A DNA stretch of 17,866 nt from Promethearchaeota archaeon (GTDB taxonomy: Archaea; Asgardarchaeota; Odinarchaeia; Odinarchaeales; JBHLKK01): assembly GCA_048939465.1 (NCBI GenBank), contig JBHLPL010000034.1, forward strand, positions 1 to 17,866. The letters run 5' to 3'. The position numbers were made by a program, and so were the translations under genes. Shown one piece after another: positions 1-7,671 of this stretch. The stretch's first letter is position 1. The number at the start of each line of letters is the position of its first letter. The notes below the pieces were generated by a model. The model ran no database searches and was not told the origin of the DNA. It saw nothing but the letters and a program-made list of their open reading frames with translations.

Positions 1-58
1 CTAGAGTCGACCTCAGTTCACGGTCCAAGAGCATCTTACTAGCTGGTGGCCTTCTAAA

Positions 59-66
59 TTATATAA
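59..66 (+). promoter_or_regulatory. Putative archaeal TATA box for the acl operon
   Basis: TTATATAA at 59-66, 42 nt upstream of the GTG at 109; SD-like GGGGAGGAG at 94-102. Confidence 0.6.
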
Positions 67-108
67 AGGAGTCATTTCATTAGTAAGCTATTCGGGGAGG
101 AGCAAGCT

Positions 109-1392
109 GTGGCGAGAAAAGCGATTAGGGAGTATGACGCAAAGAGATTGCTGGCACAATACCTGCCAGAATATGCAAAAGGTAAGTTCTCTTACCCGGG
201 AAAGACTGTCTCTGTTGATGGTAAAACAAACATGGAAAACCTCGTCTCCAAAAATCCTTGGTTAAGAACCGAGAAGCTAGTGGTAAAAGTAGATCAATTG
301 GTAGGAAAAAGGCTGAAGAATAACTTAGTTTTACTTAACACTAATCTCGATGAGGCAACTAGATTCATTCGAGAGAAAATGAACAGCTCAGTGACTGTAG
401 GTAATGTAGAAGGGGTCCTTACTCATTTCTTAATTGAACCGTTCGTCCTACATGAAAGGGAGTATTTTGCGGCCATAAGATCAGTACGCGAGGGAGATAT
501 AATAGACTTCTCAACCGAGGGCGGAATAGACATTGAAGAAAAATGGGAAAGCGTCGTTTCTATTAAGATTCCAACACTCGAATCTGTTGAGAATGTCGAT
601 ATTTCAGGGAAGCTTCCGTCAGAACTATCAGACGAAGAGAGGGGGTTGTTTGGCGATTTTCTGAAAGCACTTTACAGGCTTTACAGCGATCTTGGTTTTG
701 TATATCTAGAGATAAATCCCCTTGTCGTAAGCGATAGTACAATCATTCCGCTCGATCTCAAAGCAAGACTGGACGATGCCGCAATTTTTGAAATGGGTGC
801 AAAATGGGGGGATATAGAGTTTCCGGCTCCTTTCGGAAGGGCTCAGACTATCGAGGAGAAGCATGTCAATGATCTGGATGAAACAACTGGAGCTTCACTG
901 AAACTCACAATTCTTAACCCTAAAGGACGCATATGGCTGTTGGTTGCAGGCGGGGGGGCAAGCGTTGTATATACGGATACTGTTACAGATTTTGGCTTCT
1001 CAAATGAACTGGCAAACTATGGAGAATATAGTGGAAACCCTGATGAAGAACACACATACCTCTACGCCAAAACAATCATCGATCTGATGACGAGAGAGAA
1101 AGATCCAGAAGGAAGAGACAAAATACTTCTAATTGGTGGGGGAATTGCAAACTTCACTGACGTCGCTCAGACTTTTAAGGGAATCATAAGAGCCTTGAAA
1201 GAGGCCAAAAAGAAACTGCAGGCTACGGGAGTTCAGATTTATGTTCGACGCGGTGGTCCCAACTATGAGGAAGGGCTGAGACTCATGAGGGAGCTGGGGA
1301 AAGGATTAAACGTCCCCATCCAGGTCTACGGACCTGAAACTCATATGACCAAAATAGTCTCCCTAGCACTCAAAGAACAGAATCGTGGGTGA
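109..1392 (+). CDS. aclB: ATP citrate lyase beta subunit (ATP-grasp plus citrate-binding domain)
   Basis: N-terminal MARKAIREYDAKRLL and motifs LEINP, DLKARLDDAA, VAGGGASVVY, ANYGEYSG, GGGIANFT, VRRGGPNY are typical of ACL-A/AclB. GTG start with SD. Confidence 0.93.
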   Translation: MARKAIREYDAKRLLAQYLPEYAKGKFSYPGKTVSVDGKTNMENLVSKNPWLRTEKLVVKVDQLVGKRLKNNLVLLNTNLDEATRFIREKMNSSVTVGNVEGVLTHFLIEPFVLHEREYFAAIRSVREGDIIDFSTEGGIDIEEKWESVVSIKIPTLESVENVDISGKLPSELSDEERGLFGDFLKALYRLYSDLGFVYLEINPLVVSDSTIIPLDLKARLDDAAIFEMGAKWGDIEFPAPFGRAQTIEEKHVNDLDETTGASLKLTILNPKGRIWLLVAGGGASVVYTDTVTDFGFSNELANYGEYSGNPDEEHTYLYAKTIIDLMTREKDPEGRDKILLIGGGIANFTDVAQTFKGIIRALKEAKKKLQATGVQIYVRRGGPNYEEGLRLMRELGKGLNVPIQVYGPETHMTKIVSLALKEQNRG

Positions 1393-1398
1393 AGGGCA

Positions 1399-3255
1399 AT
1401 GAAGAAGACAGACTACACTCTGTTTGATAAGAAAACCCAAGCATTTATCTACAGCCTCCAAGCTAATGCAATTCAACGCATGCTGGATTTTGACTATATC
1501 TGCAAAAGAGAGACGCCCAGTGTTGCTGCAGTTGTCGATCCTTTCAGACCGGGGCTGCAGAAGGTATTTTGGGGAAGCAAAGAGATCCTGATACCAGTCT
1601 ATGCTACCATAAAAGAGGCCGTAAGGAACCATCCAGACGTTGATGTAATGATCAATTTTGCGTCTTTTAGGTCAGCATATCCTACAACCTATGAGGCACT
1701 AAACGAGAATACTATCAGAGTCATTGTAATCATTGCCGAGGGCATTCCTGAGGCAAAAACAAAGAAGCTGATCGCCATAGCAAAGAAGAACAATAAGATC
1801 ATTATCGGACCATCAACAGTTGGAGGGTTGGTTGCCGGAGGATTCAGGATCGGCAACACCGCAGGAGCTATTGGAAATATCGTTGCTGCTAAATTATATA
1901 GGCCGGGTTCAGTAGGCGTTGTTTCAAAGTCGGGTGGGCTTCTAAACGAGATTTTCAACATGGTTGCATTAAACTCAAATGGGGTTTTTGAAGGAGTGGC
2001 AATAGGTGGAGACAGATATCCCGGCTCCACACTCCTCGACCATATAACAAGATATGAAGCAAACCCTAAAATAAAAATGATAGTTGCTCTCGGCGAGGTC
2101 GGGGGTACAGACGAATACCAAATAGTGGAGGCGCTGAAGCATGGAAAGATTACCAAACAACTTGTCATGTGGGTAATCGGGACGGCCGCAACAGTTTTTC
2201 CAACTGGAGTTCAATTTGGACATGCGGGTGCAATGGCTGAAAGCAGTCTAGAAAATGCTGACGTAAAAAACCGGGCTTTAAGAGAAGCAGGCGCAATCGT
2301 TCCAGATTCATTTGACGACTTCGGAGAGAAAATCCATCAGGTGTACGAAGGGCTGAAGGCAAAAGGTGAGATTCCTGAAATAGAAGAATTTGATGTTCCT
2401 CAGATTCCGATGCCTTATCAAGTAGCCTTATCGAAAGGCATCATAAGAAAACCTGCGAACTTCGTTACCACAATATCGGATGATCGAGGAGAAGAACCCA
2501 CGTACGCAGGAATACCGATAAGCGAGATCATTGAAGAGGACTATTCCATCGGAGATATAATAGGCTTGCTTTGGTTTAGAAAGAAGTTGCCGAAGTTTGC
2601 AACAGGATTCATCGAGATGGTACTGAAAATTGTTGCAGATCATGGACCAGCTGTATCAGGGGCACATAACGCCATTGTTGCTGCTAGAGCCGGCAAAGAC
2701 CTTATCTCTGCACTCTGCAGCGGTCTATTAACAATCGGTCCGCGATTTGGCGGAGCGATCGATGGCGCTGCACGTTATTTCAGTCAAGCGAAGGATTCGG
2801 GTATGAAACCTGCAGACTTCGTAGATGATATGAAGGCTAAAGGAATTTACATTCCAGGAATCGGTCACAGGATAAAAAGCGTGGAGAATCCTGACAGGCG
2901 TGTGGAATTGCTTAAAGATTTTGCGCGCAGAAATTTCCCGAAAACTGACTATCTAGATTATGCTCTTGAAGTCGAGAAGATAACGACCCAAAAAAGAAAC
3001 ACATTAATCCTAAATGTTGACGGGTGCGTGGGCATTCTATTCTTGGATATGCTAAAGGGGACGACTATGTTCACAGATGATGAGATAAGAGAAATGATTG
3101 AGATTGGATACCTCAACACCATGTTTGTGTTAGGAAGAAGCATTGGGATTATTGGGCATATTCTCGATCAAAAACGTCTCAAGGCTGGCTTGTACAGACA
3201 TCCGTGGGATGACATACTCTATTATGTGGAGAGAGGAGAGACTGGTGAGAAGTAA
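1399..3255 (+). CDS. aclA: ATP citrate lyase alpha subunit (CoA-binding/ligase domain with phospho-His, plus C-terminal citryl-CoA lyase module)
   Basis: NFASFRSA, IIGPSTVGG, GDRYPGS, phospho-His motif QFGHAGA, DHGPAVSGAHN, IGPRFGGA, PGIGHRIKS, LNVDG, LYRHPWDDI. Starts 6 nt after aclB. Confidence 0.93.
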   Translation: MKKTDYTLFDKKTQAFIYSLQANAIQRMLDFDYICKRETPSVAAVVDPFRPGLQKVFWGSKEILIPVYATIKEAVRNHPDVDVMINFASFRSAYPTTYEALNENTIRVIVIIAEGIPEAKTKKLIAIAKKNNKIIIGPSTVGGLVAGGFRIGNTAGAIGNIVAAKLYRPGSVGVVSKSGGLLNEIFNMVALNSNGVFEGVAIGGDRYPGSTLLDHITRYEANPKIKMIVALGEVGGTDEYQIVEALKHGKITKQLVMWVIGTAATVFPTGVQFGHAGAMAESSLENADVKNRALREAGAIVPDSFDDFGEKIHQVYEGLKAKGEIPEIEEFDVPQIPMPYQVALSKGIIRKPANFVTTISDDRGEEPTYAGIPISEIIEEDYSIGDIIGLLWFRKKLPKFATGFIEMVLKIVADHGPAVSGAHNAIVAARAGKDLISALCSGLLTIGPRFGGAIDGAARYFSQAKDSGMKPADFVDDMKAKGIYIPGIGHRIKSVENPDRRVELLKDFARRNFPKTDYLDYALEVEKITTQKRNTLILNVDGCVGILFLDMLKGTTMFTDDEIREMIEIGYLNTMFVLGRSIGIIGHILDQKRLKAGLYRHPWDDILYYVERGETGEK

Positions 3256-3549
3256 ACTACTCCTCCCTTGCAGAAGGAGCTTATGACTATGCTTGACCGC
3301 AATTCCCTTGGGGGCTTTGGCTTCATCACACGTCAAATCAGGGGGCAGTTTACAGCGCCCCAGCCAAGTAATCCGCATTTAGCGTCGGGCTATATGATTT
3401 GTCCCATCCATCCCCCACAGGTCATTAACCGTTTCCACATCGGAGAGAGGTGTGCCTTTAGACCTACTGGAATACTCATCCCAGAAGTATTTAAGGACCG
3501 CTCGATCCCTCTCCGTCCTTTCGGACGGAGTCTCCTTGAGGTGGTTTAG
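3252..3549 (-). mobile_element. Non-autonomous IS200/IS605-like element (PATE/MITE type), no transposase or tnpB ORF
   Basis: Two related 20-nt hairpins in the same orientation on the minus strand: CTCCGTCC-GAAA-GGACGGAG (3530-3511) and CTCCTTCT-GCAA-GGGAGGAG (3279-3260), 15/20 identical. The right end reads AAGCTCC...GGAG-TAGT-TTAC, like tnpB-element right ends. The left hairpin starts 19 nt after TCAT. Deleting 3252-3549 gives GAG AAA TGA overlapping the icd ATG. Confidence 0.68.
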
Positions 3550-4788
3550 ATGAATAAGAAATTGCAGCACCTAGAATCTCCGACTGAGGGAGAATGTATC
3601 AGAGTCATTGATAGCAAACTGCAGGTACCGGCCAATCCCATCATTTCGTTTATTGAGGGAGATGGCGTAGGTCCGGATATCACCAAGGCTATGCTGCCGG
3701 TCGTGAATGCTGCGGTCGAAAAAGCATATTACGGACGCAGAGAAATATCTTGGTACGAGATATTTGCAGGCCAGAAAGCCAAAGCCCTGTACGGGGAGTA
3801 TCTTCCTGAAGAAACTCTCGATGCAATTCGGAAATATGTTATAGCAATAAAGGGACCCCTAACAACGCCAGTCGGAGGAGGATATAGGAGCCTTAACGTA
3901 ACTATCAGACAGAAACTCGATTTATACGCGTGTGTGAGACCAGTAAGAGGCATAAGGGGAGTACCTGCACCAATTAAGAGACCAGAGCTAGTAGACATGG
4001 TAGTTTTTCGGGAAAATATTGAAGATGTCTACGCAGGTATTGAATGGGCATCAAATACACCTGAAAGTCGCAAGTTTATCGACTTCCTTAGGAATGAGAT
4101 GGGGGTGTCAATTCCCTTAGATTCAGGAATTGGAGTCAAGCCAATCAGTAAGACCAGAACCTACAATATTGTACGGAAATCAATCAATTATGCAATCGAA
4201 AATAACAGGAAAAGCGTTACGATAATGCACAAAGGCAATATTATGAAGTTCACCGAGGGAGCCTTTAGAGAGTGGGGATACGAAGTTGCAAATAACGAGT
4301 TTGGAGATTATATAGTAACAGAGGAGCAACTGAGGAGCGGTGAATTGCCTGAGGGCAAAGTTGTTATTAAAGATAGGATTGCAGATGCGATGTTTCAGCA
4401 GGTACTACTCAGGCCTAAAGAATACGATGTCATAGTTACGTCAAATCTAAACGGTGATTATATATCGGACGCGTTGGCTGCCCAAGTCGGTGGATTGGGA
4501 ATGGCACCTGGAGGAAACATCGGCGACTACCTTGCTGTTTTTGAGGCTACACATGGGACTGCACCAAAATACGCAGGACTAGACAAAGTGAATCCAGGAT
4601 CACTGATTCTCTCGGCAGTTATGATGCTCCGTTATATCGGATGGAATGAGGCAGGGGATCTAATCGAGAAAGCTCTTGAGAAAACCATACTGCAAAAGAG
4701 GGTAACCTACGATCTTGAACGGCAAATGGAGAATGCAACGCTTCTGAAGACATCAGAATTCGCCAAAGCTGTCGTTGAAAATCTATAA
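3550..4788 (+). CDS. icd: Isocitrate dehydrogenase, NADP-dependent, dimeric prokaryotic type
   Basis: [70 protein letters not shown] and VTYDLER carry the Lys/Tyr/Tyr/Arg residues associated with NADP specificity. SD GAGGTG at 3538-3543. Confidence 0.95.
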   Translation: MNKKLQHLESPTEGECIRVIDSKLQVPANPIISFIEGDGVGPDITKAMLPVVNAAVEKAYYGRREISWYEIFAGQKAKALYGEYLPEETLDAIRKYVIAIKGPLTTPVGGGYRSLNVTIRQKLDLYACVRPVRGIRGVPAPIKRPELVDMVVFRENIEDVYAGIEWASNTPESRKFIDFLRNEMGVSIPLDSGIGVKPISKTRTYNIVRKSINYAIENNRKSVTIMHKGNIMKFTEGAFREWGYEVANNEFGDYIVTEEQLRSGELPEGKVVIKDRIADAMFQQVLLRPKEYDVIVTSNLNGDYISDALAAQVGGLGMAPGGNIGDYLAVFEATHGTAPKYAGLDKVNPGSLILSAVMMLRYIGWNEAGDLIEKALEKTILQKRVTYDLERQMENATLLKTSEFAKAVVENL

Positions 4789-4796
4789 AAAAGAAA
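4787..4796 (-). terminator. Possible oligo-T terminator for the aminopeptidase (convergent with icd)
   Basis: Minus strand TTTCTTTTTT a few nt after the aminopeptidase stop. Confidence 0.35.
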
Positions 4797-4803
4797 TGAA
4801 GAA

Positions 4804-5964
4804 TTATAGGATAGTCCCTTCTTCAAGAATCAGCCGACTATTGCCATTAACGTAAGTTACTTCCATGGTTGCTCTTGGGACAGTGACGAAATCCCAATGA
4901 ACAGTCGATTCGCTGGTCCCTCCATAGCTTCCAGAATTGAAGCCAACAGCAACATGAACGGATCCACCAATCTTCTCATCTGTAAGAATGTAGCCGACTG
5001 CCTTTTTGATTCTCGGATTAAGGCCGATTCCAAGTTCTCCGAAATTTGTTGTCCTTACAGTCTTGTAGCGTTCAGAATCCACAGCGATTCCTCGTTCTAT
5101 GGCATCTCTGAAGTGTTTTAGACCGACTTCGGCAGTGCATTCATCCATAACGAGACGCCCTTCTTTGAATACAAGTCTCAGGTTACGCACAAATTCTCCG
5201 GTACGACGTTCTCGTGTGAGAGGACAGAAGAGTGTTCCTTCGCCGACGGTTTCATGAGGAGCAATAAAGACCTCCCCAGCAGGGATGTTGCTCCCCGTAT
5301 CGTTATTAGCAATGTCTTCGTCGCTTATTAGTCCATCATCAAGTTTGATGGGTCGTCCTTTAACGTGCAGCGTAAGATCTGTGCCCATATCATCACTTAC
5401 GTGTATCGTGTCGGCGTTCGTCAGAAGCTCTTTGAGCCGCAAGCAGTTGGATGCTAATTCGTCGTAATCTATGAGCATGCCCCCAACTATGAGTTCTTCA
5501 AGTTCTTCGTACGGAATATTGAATTCTTTGGCTGCCTCTGGAGTGGGATAGCCCATGTATAACCATCGTTTATTCTCTAGGATTTCTTTTCTTATTGGCT
5601 CATTCGACTTCTGGTTTGCAATGATCTTCTCTGGCGGGAATCTCTTTTGGATGGCCGGATCTTTGGGAAGTTCCAAGACAATATAGACATCAATTGCTTT
5701 AACCAGCCCCAGATAGTGCCTAGGAGTGGGTTCGATGTATTTGGCCGGTACTTCTCGATAGATTCTCTCAGTTAGATCATCGCTAGTAAAGCTTGTAAAG
5801 GGTCGAGCTCCTTTCATGTAGGAATAAAACGCTATAGCCTCGGCTAGCTCGTAGTTGTGGATTCCGGATCTGACAAACAGATTGTCACCCTCTTTTATGT
5901 TGACAGTTCTTACTGCAACCTTCGCCAATTGCTCAATTTGATCTTTTGTTATCATATTAATCAC
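4804..5964 (-). CDS. Aminopeptidase, peptidase family M29 (AmpS/AmpT-like thermophilic metalloprotease)
   Basis: NIPAGEVFIAP, GELGIG, DEKIGGSVHVAVG and HWDFV motifs. Start is GTG 5964 or ATG 5955. Confidence 0.85.
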   Translation of the reverse strand: MINMITKDQIEQLAKVAVRTVNIKEGDNLFVRSGIHNYELAEAIAFYSYMKGARPFTSFTSDDLTERIYREVPAKYIEPTPRHYLGLVKAIDVYIVLELPKDPAIQKRFPPEKIIANQKSNEPIRKEILENKRWLYMGYPTPEAAKEFNIPYEELEELIVGGMLIDYDELASNCLRLKELLTNADTIHVSDDMGTDLTLHVKGRPIKLDDGLISDEDIANNDTGSNIPAGEVFIAPHETVGEGTLFCPLTRERRTGEFVRNLRLVFKEGRLVMDECTAEVGLKHFRDAIERGIAVDSERYKTVRTTNFGELGIGLNPRIKKAVGYILTDEKIGGSVHVAVGFNSGSYGGTSESTVHWDFVTVPRATMEVTYVNGNSRLILEEGTIL

Positions 5965-6256
5965 AACGAATCATTCTAGTGTATTAATGATAAAAACCAT
6001 ACGGTTACAAGCTTCAGAGGAACAGATTAGATCTCTCGAGAAGAATCAATATAAGGAGCTCAGGAGTTTTCGCCAAATTGCATATTTAAATTCACTTTCT
6101 TCCGCCTCAAGTACCGGCCATCAATTGTCTTCTTCCCGATGCCTTCTGTGATACCTTTGGAAACGACCGTTATTGCACCAGCAATATGTATTTCGATTGC
6201 AGTGGAAGCTTCGTTCTATCCCGCAGGAAAGACGATGGATTTGAAAATGGACGAGG

Positions 6257-7492
6257 CTATGAGAAGGTAGAAGGTAGTTGCACATTGTTTTGTTCTTCCG
6301 TTTCTTTCCTGCGCGAAGACTCAGTTTTCGGATCGCGAACAAAAGCCAGGAGCACAACAGATATCAGTGCCAAAAAAGCCCCATATACGAAAGTAGCAAC
6401 AGGATCTACATACTCCCAGAGTATGCCGGCAAAAATCCCCGCTGGTAACGTTGCCAAGCTTACGGCAGTATGGAAAGTACCTAAGGCTGTACCTCGCAAT
6501 TCGCTTCCTACCAAATCAGAGGCCAAGGCTCTCTGCGTTCCCTCAATCAATGCGTTTACCAAACCATACAGCGTAAAAACGATAATGAGCAACTCAAGAG
6601 AGCTTGGGAGAATAATGGCTACACAAGTCACTCCGAAAAGCACATACCCAAGAAAAAGAACAGATTTACGGCCAATTTTATCTGAAAGTACGCCGCTCGG
6701 CGTGGAGAATGCTGTATATACTATATTAAACCAGATGTATAGAAGAATTATGACGATGTCGGCAGTCTCTGACGGCAGGGCGTCCCACCCTTTAAGTATA
6801 AAGAACATATAGGTGAAGTTGCCGAGGGCAAAAAGCGTGGCTACGAGTATAAAGAATCGAAGATGACTAGGTAACGCTCGCAGACTGATACTAAAGGTGG
6901 TAGGCCTTGGGTCCCTGCGGACCTCCTTCACAAAAAAAAGCGGGACGAGCGCTGCGAAAGCTATTACTGCTGCGACCAAAAGAATAGATGGGAAATCCCA
7001 TTCCAGAAGCCAGTATAGAACCAATGCAAATGAAGATCCAAGGATTGCGCCAGCCGAATCTAGGGTCCTGTGGAGGCCAAAAGCTTTTCCTCTGATTTCT
7101 TGAGCAGCAGAATCTGCGATTATGGCATCTCTAGGGGCAGTCCTCAATCCTTTGCCAATTCTCTCAATCGGTCTTAGGGCGAGCATATGCGCCCAAGCTG
7201 TAGAAGCCGGGAAAAACAATTTTGAAACAGACGAAGATCCGTAGCCTGCGACCACGAAGGGTTTTCTCCTCCCAGTTCTATCAGACATATATCCTGAAAT
7301 TATCTTAAGCACGCCAGCTATGCTATCCCCCAACCCACCAATCAACCCTATAGCTAGACCCGCACCACCAAGTCCGAGTATGAACAAGGGGAGAATGGGT
7401 TGAATCATTTCGCTACTCACATCAGTGATAAAGCTCGCAATCCCCAACAGAATAATATTGATGCCTAATCCGCTCAGGAAACTTTTTTTCAT
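6257..7492 (-). CDS. Major facilitator superfamily transporter
   Basis: About 12 hydrophobic segments; motif A in both halves (GYMSDRTGRRK, GVLSDKIGRK); ERIGKGLRTAPRDAII; RGKAFGLHR. Confidence 0.9.
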   Translation of the reverse strand: MKKSFLSGLGINIILLGIASFITDVSSEMIQPILPLFILGLGGAGLAIGLIGGLGDSIAGVLKIISGYMSDRTGRRKPFVVAGYGSSSVSKLFFPASTAWAHMLALRPIERIGKGLRTAPRDAIIADSAAQEIRGKAFGLHRTLDSAGAILGSSFALVLYWLLEWDFPSILLVAAVIAFAALVPLFFVKEVRRDPRPTTFSISLRALPSHLRFFILVATLFALGNFTYMFFILKGWDALPSETADIVIILLYIWFNIVYTAFSTPSGVLSDKIGRKSVLFLGYVLFGVTCVAIILPSSLELLIIVFTLYGLVNALIEGTQRALASDLVGSELRGTALGTFHTAVSLATLPAGIFAGILWEYVDPVATFVYGAFLALISVVLLAFVRDPKTESSRRKETEEQNNVQLPSTFS

Positions 7493-7671
7493 TCGATCGC
7501 CTGCTACAGAGCTGCTGAAAGTAGGATGAATACCTTATTATTAAATAGTTTACCTAGAACCAAAAGACACTGAGAAGGGACTTCCAAGACAATGTTGCTA
7601 GAAACATTAAATAGATCAAACGCCAATAACTGTACCCTTAGCGGAGCCTTAACACTGTCGGAGGGAAGAAG

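Noticed and set aside
1-16. CTAGAGTCGACCTCAG resembles the pUC polylinker TCTAGAGTCGACCTGCAG
   Set aside because: One base is missing, the downstream sequence is not vector, and the match is short; treated as chance.
3338-3366. Similarity to the 23S rRNA P-loop region as I recall it (TTGGCTGGGGCG sense; AAACTGCCC antisense just before CTGA), suggesting a C/D guide
   Set aside because: Short matches are partly explained by the local hairpin, outer C/D boxes are missing, and the host 23S sequence is not available to test.
3284-3380. Group I intron/IStron-like words (AATTGCGG and CATAGTC on minus, AATCCGCA on plus)
   Set aside because: The motifs are on mixed strands or in the wrong order, there is no P7 partner (GACTA), the element does not end in G, and it is antisense to the host transcript.
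3268-3549. 93-aa plus-strand ORF with AAGGAG upstream of internal ATGs and a stop abutting the icd start
   Set aside because: No recognisable domain, and it crosses both hairpins; better explained as a by-product of the inserted element. Ribosome profiling would settle it.
3256-3549. RNase P RNA, SRP RNA or riboswitch in the aclA-icd gap (CAGAAGGAGCTTA resembles the RNase P 3' P4 strand)
   Set aside because: The motif is at the wrong end of the gap with no 5' GAGGAA partner. No SRP helix-8 consensus, and no correctly ordered SAM, cobalamin or TPP motifs.
6139-6270. 43-aa plus-strand ORF downstream of TATTTAAA (6083-6090); also a minus-strand frame with an internal TAG
   Set aside because: No SD or recognisable motif. 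The AT box more plausibly serves the aminopeptidase on the minus strand, and there is no evidence for recoding.
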